From the NCBI RefSeq assembly GCF_963921235.1, contig NC_086097.1:77936001-78000000 (forward strand): a stretch of 64,000 nt of DNA, given 5' to 3'. The notes beneath the pieces were generated by a model, which was not told where the DNA came from, did not search any database, and was given only the letters and a program-made list of their open reading frames with translations. The stretch is from Mobula hypostoma. Taxonomy: Eukaryota. This document shows positions 49,900 through 61,245 of this stretch, piece after piece. The translations under genes and the position numbers were made by a program. The stretch's first letter is position 1; each line of letters begins with the position of its first letter.

Positions 49900-52170
49900 A
49901 AAATGTAAACAGCTTACTCTATAGCTTGGCATTCATTACTATCATCCTCTTAAAACTAATCAATCAGCTTCAAGACTGTGAGGCGAAGCACAGCTCTAAT
50001 GCCATACTTAAGCGTGCTGACGACAGCACTGTTGTTGACTGAATCAAAGGTGGTGACGTATCATAATATACAAGGGCGACTGGAAATCTGGCTGAGTGGT
50101 GCCACAAAAACAACCTCTCACTAAATGTCAGCAAGACCAAAGAGATGATTATTGACTTCAGGAAGCGGAAACTGGAGCTTCATGAGCCAGTCCTCACTGG
50201 GGGTCAGAAACGTGAGGTTCCCCGGTGTTATCATTTCAGAAGATCTGTCCTGGGCCCAGCACATAAGTGCAATTACAAAGAAAGCACAATAGTACCTCTA
50301 TTTCCTAAGAAGTTTGCGAAGATTTGGCATGACTTCTAAAACTTTGACAAACTTCTATAGATGTGTGGTGGGGAATATATTAACTGGTTGCATCATGGCC
50401 TGGTATAGAAACAGAAATGCCCTTGAACAGAAAATCCTGCAAAAAGTAGTGGATATAGAAACATAGAAACATAGAAAATAGGTGCAGGAGTAGGCCATTC
50501 GGCCCTTCGAGCCTGCACCGCCATTTATTATGATCATGGCTGATCATCCAACTCAGAACCCAGTCTTCCCTCCATACCCCCTGACCCCTGTAGCCACAAG
50601 GGCCATATCTAACTCCCTCTTAAACATAGCCAATGAACTGGCCTCAACAGTTTGCTGTGGCAGAGAATTCCACAGATTCACCACTCTCTGTGTGAAGAAG
50701 TTTTTCCTAATCTCGGTCCTAAAAGGCTTCCCCTCTATCCTCAAACTGTGACTCCTCATTCTGGACCTCCCCAACCTTGGGAACAATCTTCCCGCATCTA
50801 GCCTGTCCAATCCCTTTAGGATTTTATACGTTTCAATCAGATCCCCCCTCAATCTTCTAAATTCCAACGAGTACAAGCCCAGTTCATCCAGTCTTTCTTC
50901 ATATGAAAGACCTGCCATCCCAGGAATCAATCTGGTGAACCTTCTTTGTACTCCCTCTATGGCAAAGATGTCTTTCCTCAGATTAGGGGACCAAAACTGC
51001 ACACAATACTCCAGGTGTGGTCTCACCAAGGCCCTGTACAACTGCAGTAGTACCTCCCTGCTCCTGTACTCGAATCCTCTCGCTATAAATGCCAGCATAC
51101 CGTTCGCCTTTTTCACCGCCTGCTGTACCTGCATGCCCACTTTCAATCACTGGTGTATAATGACACCCAGGTCTCGTTGCACCTCCCCTTTTCCTAATCG
51201 GCCACCATTCAGATAATAATCTGTTTTCCTATTTTTGCCACCAAAGTGGATAACTTCACATTTATCCACATTAAATTGCATCTGCCATGAGTTTGCCCAC
51301 TCACCCAACCTATCCAAGTCACCCTGCATCCTCTTAGCATCCTCCTCACTGCTAACACTGCCACCCAGCTTCGTGTCATCCGCAAACTTGGAGATGCTGC
51401 ATTTAATTCCCTCATCCAAGTCATTAATATATATTGTAAGCAACTGGGGTCCCAGCACTGAGCCTTGCGGTACCCCACTAGTTACCGCCTGCCATTCTGA
51501 AAAGGTCCCGTTTATTCCCACTCTTTGCTTCCTGTCTGCTAACCAATTCTCCACCCACACCAATACCTTACCCCCAATACCGTGTGCTTTAAGTTTGCAC
51601 ACTAATCTCCTGTGTGGGACCTTGTCAAAAGCCTTTTGAAAATCCAAATATAGCCCAAATATGGCCCAGTCCGTCACGGGTAAATCCTTCCACACCATTG
51701 AGCACATCTACATGGAATGCAGTCGCAAGAAAGCAGCACCCATCACCAAGGAGTCTCCTCACTACGGCCGTGCTCTTTTCTTGTTGTTGCCATCAGGAAG
51801 AAGGTACCGGATCTGAGGACCCACACCACTGGGTTCAGGAGCAGCTATTACCCATCAACCATCAGGCTGTTGAACCAGTGGGGATAACTTCACTCAACTT
51901 CACTCGCCCCATCACTGAACTGTTCCCACAACTAATGAACTCACTTTCTAGAACCTTTTATCTGATGTTCTTGATAGTTATTGCTTATTTATTATTATTT
52001 CCTTTTTTCTTTTTCCTTCTGTATTTGCGCTGTTCGTTGCCTTTTGTACACTGATTGTTTGTCCTGTTTCTATTATGTTTTCTTGGATTTTCTGGGAATG
52101 CCGGCAAGAAAACAAACCTAAGGGTGTATGAAGTGATGTGTAACTACTTTGATAATAAATTTACTTTTAA
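49900..52170 (+). mobile_element. Decayed Rex1/Babar-type LINE 3' part interrupted by a young CR1
   Basis: ADDSTVV, LNVSKTKEMIIDFRK, ILTGCI.AWY and LQKVVD-(CR1)-MAQS.TG motifs; tail GATAATAAATTTACTTT. Confidence 0.75.
50455..51652 (-). mobile_element. Young 5'-truncated CR1 LINE, near-identical to 41416-42613
   Basis: Minus-strand ORFs 51147-51707 and 50553-51146 reproduce the 40968-42515 protein almost exactly, with one TGA at 51147-51149; (CATAGAAA)n tail at 50455-50478. Confidence 0.97.
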
Positions 52171-53446
52171 TTTTAATAATCTGGGAAGACTGCCTAAGTA
52201 GATACATATACAATATTTGATGCAGAAAAATGGTTTCCCCTAGTGATAGCATGGAGATCAAGGCAGCATTGGAAATGTAACTGAGCCATGCCAAGGAGAG
52301 GAGTCTTGGGAAAACGGAAGGCATAATATTGAGTTTGTTGAATCCTTCATAGACCACAACAGAAGGTCCATCAAAAGTCGTATTGTTTTAAAATAAGCAG
52401 GATTGTTTAGCTTGAGTCTTGAAGGTACTTGGATATATTTCTGAGCAATTATCTTTCAGGATCAATCAGAATTTCCATTAACATCTCAAAATCCACAGCC
52501 ACTGGGGTGTTATCAAGGATTTCATTTTGAAGTGCATTCATCACTGTTTGAACAACACCAGTCTAACCAACAGAAGCGGACAGATACGCAAATGAACAAT
52601 ATTGTGGTAGTGGAGTCTCATATTGATGAGTACACAAGGCAGTGCCATCTCCATTTTTACACAGGCCCATGATTTCTTAAATGTTGGCCTGAAAAGTTAG
52701 ACAGGGAGTCATTCTCCAGCAGGCATCTCAGAAAATATACCAGCTTCTCAGCCCTGCATTTAGATGACCCAGATCCCAGACCAATGCTTGAACCACCTAC
52801 AGCATTGCAAAGCTAACACTGGAAAGAAAATGAATACTAGGAAGTTTCCTTTTGGGGGTTAACTTGCAGCTGTTCTGTAAAACTGCCTTTGACTCTCTTC
52901 ATGCTGTTTCACAGCAGAGCAAGTGTAACCATCAGCCAAATACTTTTGGTTCAACAACTGTTTCTGAACAACATCTTCTCGGACCTAGTCTGCATCCTGG
53001 GCTCACTGCCAACTGTCCTCTCTTACCCGTATTTGCTTTTACAAGATACATTGGATGACACGGAGCAGGCTCAGGGAGGTAACTCGTCCTCCGACATCCT
53101 GCATGCGGGACATTCTAAAAGCTTTTGTCAGTTCGCCAATTGTTAAAAGTTTCTGAATTACTTCAAAATGCTTCTGAAATTCAGTAACATTTTAAAAATT
53201 TTATAAATAAATCTAAATAATGAAATAATATATTTTCAATAAAAGCACATTAAATCCTGGAATTAATTAAAAACAGGGAATGTCGGGACCAGAGGCAATG
53301 GTCAAGCCAATTCTGCCTGCTCTCCTGAGATATTCACTCCTCTCTTCACAGTGCTGAAGCTGTGAGACTGCCCCGGTTGTTACGCACTTAGTGCCCATAA
53401 GCTTTGCAGTGATTTGCCCCACTATGTGATATCAGTTCCTTAAGGT

Positions 53447-54004
53447 TGTTATAGCTGGGGGTGGTAATGGGGTCAAACTCCCAGTACCTATTAAATGCTC
53501 CCAATGGCGTGTGCCTCAAACAGCCTCTGACAACCAAGTCCAGCTCCTGGTCTTCACGTGCGGAATGATTTCTACTGATAGGAGGAGAGGGAAAGGCAGG
53601 TTACTGGCGCCTTAAAACTAATCACTTCGGGCTGATAGGGCTCATCAGCTGTAGCTGGCAGCTCACCCAGGAGAAGGAAAACTCTGATCCCAAACCTCCA
53701 CTGCCTTGCGGCTATATCCACTCATGGGGAAGGCTTCGGGAGTAAACTGTGAAGGGGAGAAATCCAGAGCTGGAGTCCTACACTGAGCTCAGTGTTGATT
53801 GGCAACTCCCGCGATGCTGCTGGTACCAAACTGTATCGGTCTCTGCCGTTCCTTTGGGTTCATCAGATGTGTGGAGAAGGGGAGCTTGCTACATGTGCAA
53901 CAACTTGCTCTTCATATTGTACTGTCCAGGTTTGCATATCTAGACAGCTAGGACTCAGTATCCATGATCAACTCTGACCGACGGAGGCCCTCACCTCACC
54001 TCAT
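53447..54004 (+). mobile_element. Probable RTE-derived non-autonomous retroelement
   Basis: GGAGAAGGAAAACTCTGATCCCAAACC resembles the RTE-clade 5' UTR motif; no RT ORF; ends in a (CCTCA)3 tail. Confidence 0.45.
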
Positions 54005-57000
54005 GATGAACTGAGACTGAGGCTTTGGGCCTACACCAGCTGCTCCAGGATTCAGGTCTGTGGACTCAGTTTGGTTTGAAATGCTTTTGATTGCTTCTAT
54101 TCTTTGCATGATCTGTGTTTTTTTTTTCTCTTTCTCTGCACATTGGGTGTTGGTCTTTCTTTTTTTAATTGGGTTATTTTGGGCTTCTTACTTTGTGGCT
54201 GCCTGTCAGCAGGTGTATTTCAAGCTTGTATTATTTGTGCATACTTTGATAACAGATGTACTTGGAATCCTTTGAATGTCATTCAAATGAATGGGATTTT
54301 CTTTATTGCGTCCCTCCTCCCACCTCATCCCCCCCTCCACTGCCCCACACTGAGGCATCCCAGTTTGAATTATGCCAAAAAATGCAGGAGGAACTCAGAC
54401 ATCAAGCAGCATCAGAGGGAAATAGATAGTCAACATTTTGGTCTTGACTGAACGATTGAAGGGAGATAACCAATACGGAGGTGAGAGGGAGAGATGGAGT
54501 AAGTGCTGGCAAGTGACAGTGGATTCAGGTGAGAAGGGGAGAAAGGCAACTGAAGAGCAGAGACTGGGAGGTTATGGGCATCTGCAGCCATTTGTTGCCT
54601 CCATCTATCACCTCCCAGCCTCTGTCATTGTTTCCACTCTTCCCTCCTCCATCTGCCTATCACTCCTCCTCACCTGGACCCACCTATCACTGGCTAGCTC
54701 TTGCCTTACCTCTTCCGCTCACTCCTTTATATTGGCCATCTCCCCTCTATTCTTCCAGTCTTGACTGCCAAACACTGACCGTCCAGTTCCATCACAGTTG
54801 CTGCCTCACTGCTGAGAACTTCCAGCAGCTTGTTCCTTGCTCCAGGTTCTAGCATCCGCAGTCACCGTATCTCCAGTGAGACTAACTTTGGACGACCTTC
54901 AGGGTTTGATTATAACTGGCAGGAACAGGAAGGTTGAGAGATAGTGCAGAGCTCATCCAGATCCCCTCTTCAGGAAATGACAGCTCTGTGCTCTGCTGAA
55001 CAGAGTGTCCAGATGTAGATAGGCAGTCAGATAGGTAGGCACCTGACCTCCAGGACACCTGATGCTTCCATGTTTGTTTGCAAATGCGCACAAATCCACA
55101 ACTTCCTGAGGCATGACAGGCAAGTAGCCAATGGTTGATTTGGAATTGCTGGCCAAGAGGCAGCATGATTTAATTTAACAATTCACTGTACAGGAGTGCA
55201 AACTGATTGAGAGCAACCATACAGTATCAGCATGTCCTGCCAGGTGAAATATCGCCTCAAACAGCTTCCTGAAGTAAGAGACAAGGAAAATTGCCCCTTC
55301 TTTCTCCAACTAGAGACAGTTGAGAATGCGTTAGTAAAACCGCTACATCATAACCCCAGTCTCCCATGTTCAACCGTGACCTACATTGGTGTCTGTATGG
55401 AGTCTGCATATTGTCCCGGTGACTACACAGATTTCTCCTGGGTGCTCTGCTTTCTTCAAACATCTCAAAGACGCGTGGTAGATAGGTTCATTGGCTACTG
55501 TATGCTGCCCCTGGTGTGTCAGGAAGATGTAAAATCCAAGAGAAAATGATAGAATTGAGGAGAAAATCAGATGGTATAAGTGTTGGCACAGACCACGTGG
55601 GCTGAAAGTCTGGTTTACATGCTGCGTTACTGTGTGGACAAGCATGTTACACCAATTGGCCTTCTGGGTGACCGTGGCTCATTGCTCCTGTATTCACCCA
55701 ACTTTTTCTCCACCTAACTTTTTCTCCACCTTCCCCTCGGACATACAAAATGTTCCAAAATTCAGGAGTAATGTTGCCTTCTACCATATTCAGACGTACC
55801 CCAGCAATTATAGGATCATGCATGCACACAGCACCCCAGTTCGATATATTTTAAATGCACTTCAGCGCTACTATTTTGTTTAAACGGCAAAGAAATGAAG
55901 TGTCGTATTTCATTGTGCCCCACACATTTACATTGTTCTGTGAAGTGGGATTTTTCATTCACAATTAACAACAGATGACAATGTGAAAGAATTATTCATT
56001 TATAGCAACATTATCAGAGCCATAAAGAGCCCACGTGTCCGTTTCCCTTTTGCACTAGGAAAGGTCAACTATTGGCCACACCTTGGTATTTGGGCCTTCT
56101 GCCCACAACCAACACCCAAAGCATTAGAAACTAAAGGAAAGAATGACACTCACAATAACATTTCCATAATTTTCTGATCAAGTTGACTGCTGATACAGAA
56201 TACTGGCCTCCAAATGATAAACATAGACAGTTCTCTAATGTGGATTAAATGCCATCACACCCACTGCGCCATTCATTCCTAATCAATGTTTGTCAGTCTG
56301 CCTATCAGTCCTTAATAAGTGTGCATGGATCTAGGGCACTGGTTCAAAACAATTTGACAATACACAACTTAGCTGTAAGGATTTAATGACAACCAGATAT
56401 AAATCTTATGCCTTGTAATACATCATGAGAGTAACCTTTAAAGAAAAGTCACTCTCACTAAGGAACACATTTCCTTGTTCTTTAGAGTTATCACTCCTAC
56501 ATTCCCAAAAAGGCTAAAGTGACAGGAGTGAGAGACGCCCGTCATAAAGTAAACTCAAGTAAGAATGGAAGTATTAACAGTTTTGTAGTCCATATTTAAA
56601 TAAGCATCAGACTGTGACTGATGAAGAGCTGATCCACTAAGCACAAAGTGTATCTGAACACTCTCTATTGAAGGGCAAAGCTTAACTACACATAACAACA
56701 TTCTACCCCTTCTGGGACAAGTAAATAAAGGCAGGAAATGATACAAGATGTGGCCACACATTAAACTGATAAGTGTTATGTGGTCCCTTTGCTAGAATGA
56801 AATGCCCTTACAACACTTGTCTCCACATGGCACTGGGAGATCCAGAAGTGTTCTCATAGGTTCAAATGCAGCTCCAAAGACCATTGCCATCATCCTCTTG
56901 GTAGTGTTCACAGTCCTAACTGCCCACTTCCTCCTGATCACTTTCCTTTTATCCAGGCTTGTCCCCTCCATCTCAATTACTTCCCTACCTGCCCCTAGAG

Positions 57001-57188
57001 CAATCTCTGTCCTTCATTCTACCTCCCACTCTTTGATAAAATTGGGGCTTTATGACAGGGAAAAATATCAGAATAATGTTGGGATTGAAAAAGAAAATGA
57101 ATGCTCCAGAGAGGCAGGGATCACCTGAAATCTATTTGATTTGTTTTCTAAACTAATTGGCCTACAAGCATTAAAGCACCTCCATGTA

Positions 57189-57811
57189 CGAGGGGTGATT
57201 GATAAGTTCATGGCCTAAGGTAGAAGGAGTCAATTTTAGAAAACCTAGCACAGTTATTTTTCAACATAGTCCCCTCCTACATGTACACACTTAGTCCAGT
57301 GGCTGTGGAGCATACGGATCCCTTCTTTGTGGAAGTGGTCCACAGCAGGGGTGATTGATAAGTTTGTGGCCTAAGGTAGAAGGAGACGAGTTATTAACTT
57401 CAAACGTTCTGCATTATCACTCAAAGAGTTGATGTGCATGTGCATATAACGAGAGCATCTTGGACCTCCAGGTGGTCCATAGCTGGGGCGATTGATAAGT
57501 TCATGGCCTAAAATAGAAGGAGATGAGTTACATTCACATGCAGTTCAACTCTTAGAGTGAAAATGCAGAAAGTTTGAAGTTAATAACTCAACTCCTTCTA
57601 CCTTAGGCCACGAACTTATCAATCACCCCGGCTGTGGACCACCTCTGGAGGTCCAAGACACCAACTTCTAAAAAGAAGGGATTTGTATGCTCCACGACCA
57701 CTGGACTAAGTGTGTAAATGTAGCAGGGGACTATGTTGAAAAATAAATGTGCGAGTTCTTCTAAAATTGACTCCTTCTACCTTAGGCCATGAACTTATCA
57801 ATCACCCCACG
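57189..57811. mobile_element. Mariner-derived fold-back MITE, copy 2 (623 bp)
   Basis: TA TSD (57187-57188, 57812-57813); about 145-bp inverted arms, the right one encoding KEGICMLHDHWTKCVNVAGDYVEK* and the left its mirror; three further internal TIR copies. Confidence 0.92.
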
Positions 57812-58269
57812 TACACCACTATTGAACTCAAGATGGTTTGTAATGTGATGTAGTCAGGTTTATCCATTCCTTTTGTGTTTGCTGCAGATACAGTAACTCA
57901 ACCAGCCTGGGCTGTGTTAATCAATGCCACAGTGTTTACTTAACCATAGAGTATATCAGGGGCTACCTCCCTGATACATACAGGACAAGTAACATTAAAC
58001 AAAATTCATCACATGGCATTGTGTTTAAAAATAATCAGTGAATAATAAGTCCCTTTTAAAGCTGAATTGGTAGTAAGTTTGTGCATGAAAGCACTGAATT
58101 AAAACAATTAACAAACTTTTCCAGAGGAAGTGTTTGAGGCAAGTACAAACATACAAATGCTTTATTTAAGAGGCATTTGGATTGGTATACAGACCGGAAG
58201 GGCTTGGAAGGTTATGGGCCAGACATGGGTAACTGGGACCAGCAGGGAGCATTCACTGGTTGGCCTGGA

Positions 58270-59900
58270 ATACTACAGCACAGAAACAGGCCCTTCGCCC
58301 CTTCTAGTCCATGCCAAACTATTTATCTGCCTAGTCCCATCGAGCTGCAACCAGACTCATAGTCCACCATACCCTTCCCATTCATGCACCTATCCAAATT
58401 TCTCTTAAATGTTCAAATCAAACCTGCATCCCCCACTCGTGCTAAAAGCTTGTTCCACACTCTCACAACCCTCTGAGTGAAGAAGTTCCACCTCATGTTC
58501 CCTTTCATCATTTTACCTTTCACCCTTAACCCATGACCTTTAGTTGAAGTCTCACCCAAACTCAGTGGAAAAAACCTGCTTACATTTGCCTTAATCTATT
58601 CCCCTCATATTTTGTATATCTCTTTCAAATCTCCCTTCAATCTTCTATGTTCTAAGAAATAAAGTCCTAACCTGTTCAACCTTTCCCTAGAACTCAGGTC
58701 CTCAAGACCTGACAACATCCTTGTAAATTTTATCTGCACTCTTTCGACCTTATTCACATCTTTCCTGTAGTACAATAGACGACCAAAACTGCATCACTAC
58801 TCCAAATTAGGCTTCACCAACATCTTATACAACTTCAACATAGCATCCCAACTCCTCTACTCAATGCATTGATTTATGAAGAATAATGTGCCAAAAAGCT
58901 TTTTTTATGACCCAATCTACCTGTGACGCCACCTTCAAGGAATAATGGATCTGTATTCCCAGATTCCTCTGCTGTACTGCACTCTTCAATGACTTGCCAC
59001 TTACTGTGTAAGACTTACCCTGGTTGGTCCTCCTTTGTCTTGTCAGCTAAAGCAACCTCATGTTTTCTTTTTGCCCTCCTGATTTCTTCTTAAGTCTTCT
59101 CTTGCATTTCTTATACTCCCCGGGTACCTCATTTGTTCCTGCCTGCCTATACACTTGCTTCTATTTCTTACCAGGGCCTCAATATGCCTTGAAAACCAAG
59201 GTTCCCTAAATGTGTTTTCCCTGCCTTTTATTCAGGCAGGAGCACTAAAGACCCTATTCTCTCAAAATTTCACTTTTTAAGGCCTCGCACTTACCAAGTA
59301 CACCTTTGCCAGGAAACAACCTGTCCCAGTTGACACTTGCCAGATCCTTTCCGATACCATCAAAATTGGCCTTTCTGCAATTTAGAATCTCAACCTGAAG
59401 ACCAGATGTATCCTTTTGCATAAACACAGGAAAATCTGCAGATGCTGGAGATCCCAGCAACACACACAAAATGCTGGAGGAACTTAGCAGGCCAGGCAGC
59501 ATCTATGGAAAAGAGTACAGTCAACGTTTCAGGCCAAGACCCTTTGGCAGGTCTATCCTTTTCCACAATTATCTTGAAACTAATGGCATTATGATCACTA
59601 GATGCAATGTGTTCCCCTATGTACCTTTCTATCACCTGCCCTGCTTGTTCCCTGGCAGGGGATCTAGCACTACACTCTCTCTAGTTAAGACTTCCATATA
59701 TTGATTTAGGAAACTTTCTTGAACACATCTGACAAACTCTATCCCATTCTTTCACACTATGAAAGTCTCAATCAATATAGTTAAAATCACCCACCATCAC
59801 AAACTTATGTTTCTTGCAACAACTGCAAGCTCTCTAGAAATTTGCTCTGCTAAATCCCACAGGCTGTTGGGTGGTCTTTAACATAATCCCATTAATGTGG
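58270..59900 (-). mobile_element. Decayed CR1 LINE pieces with a Penelope-like terminus inserted (~59420-59552)
   Basis: Minus-strand CR1 3' UTR and ORF2 C-terminus (58270-59030) and endonuclease-proximal remnants (SSDHNAISF; LN..KANFDGI..DL). Confidence 0.75.
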
Positions 59901-60071
59901 TCGTCCCTTTCTTATTGCTCAATTTTACCTTGTCATGAGGTTTTGGTTATGGTTTTGTACTGCTCAAGATTTATGTTGCTATTTATGTCATTTTTATCTT
60001 CACTGTCCATGCATCTGGTCCCCTTAGTTTATTTTTAATCGCAAATGGCTACAAATCTTGGCAGACAATGA

Positions 60072-60380
60072 GTGGCACGGTAGCATAGTGGTTAGTGCAA
60101 TACTTTGCAGCATTATGATTCAAATCCCACCGCTGCCTGTAAAGAATTTGTACATTATCCCTGTAACTGCATGAGTTTCATCCCACATTCCAAAAAGATA
60201 TATAGGGGTTAGGGTTAATAAATTGTGGAGAAACTTTGTTGGCATGAGAAACACCATGACAGTTGTGGACTTCCACCAGCAAATGCTTGGACTATGCAGG
60301 TCGATAACACAAGTAACACATTTCACCGTATGGTTCAATGTTTTTTATGTACGTATAACAAATAAACCTAATCTTTCTTT
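60072..60380 (+). mobile_element. tRNA-derived SINE
   Basis: A box GGTAGCATAGTGG, B-box-like GATTTCAAATCCC, AATAAA followed by a short tail. Confidence 0.65.
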
Positions 60381-61245
60381 AAACTTTTAGCTATGAGCCC
60401 AGTTATAGGCCACATTTTCCTGATTAAAAGTACCAGTCATCTCTTTCTTTCAAAATCTTCTCAGATTTCTTCTTGCTGTTGCTAACTGTAAACAGCTGTA
60501 AATGATCATAAATGGAAGTCTTACTGAATTCTGTTCCAGTGCAGGTGATTCCCAGCTTATTCAGTGTTATATCTGTAATTGGAATGTATGTCTGATTATA
60601 TGGTTGGTATTGGTGGCAATAGCTTCAGAAGATTAGAGGTGCATTGATTCTGAATTAACAGGAAATTGTCACCTGCATATGGGTGAACCACTGAAGATTA
60701 TAGGCTGGATCCTGACCGGTCGTATTGTTCTCTTCCTCAGTTTTCTCCTCTCTCCAGAGTTGTGAGCTGAGAAAGAGCACCCCTTGGACTATTAGCTGGT
60801 AACCACCAGCAAGCAGTGTTCTTGCCTTCCACAACCATGCATTTCTGACCTTTGCACTTCTTCCATCATCATTACTTCATCACTTCCTGTCAGTCATCTT
60901 ATCTGCAGAATCTCCTGTACCCAGCTTCATTTCATGGACATACAATCAATCTATGTAAATAACCTATCTTATGTATTGATACTTACTGTGTTTTTTATTA
61001 TTATTGTGTTCTTTATCTTATTGTTTTTTTAGCGCTGCATCAGATCCTGAGTAACAATTATTTCATTCTCTGTTACAGTTGTGTACTGGAAATAACATTA
61101 TATAATCTTGAATCTTGAATCTCTCTGGCCACTAGACTATGTTGAGGGATGAAGATCAGTTTTACTGAATTGAAGAACTGGATACACTTCATATCTGGAT
61201 CCTCAGCCTTCTGGCCTATTTAGTTCAGGCCCCAGTTACTTGAAA

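Noticed and set aside
53027..53115. Possible minus-strand exon (TTTTAG ... G/GTAAGA)
   Set aside because: Only one open frame, with no recognisable product; unsupported without transcript data.
53348..53380. CACAGTG heptamer as a possible V(D)J recombination signal
   Set aside because: No ACAAAAACC-like nonamer at 12- or 23-bp spacing and no V/J coding segments seen in the window.
60072..60135. tRNA-like sequence
   Set aside because: A/B boxes without a complete cloverleaf, continuing into a SINE body; a SINE head rather than a tRNA gene.
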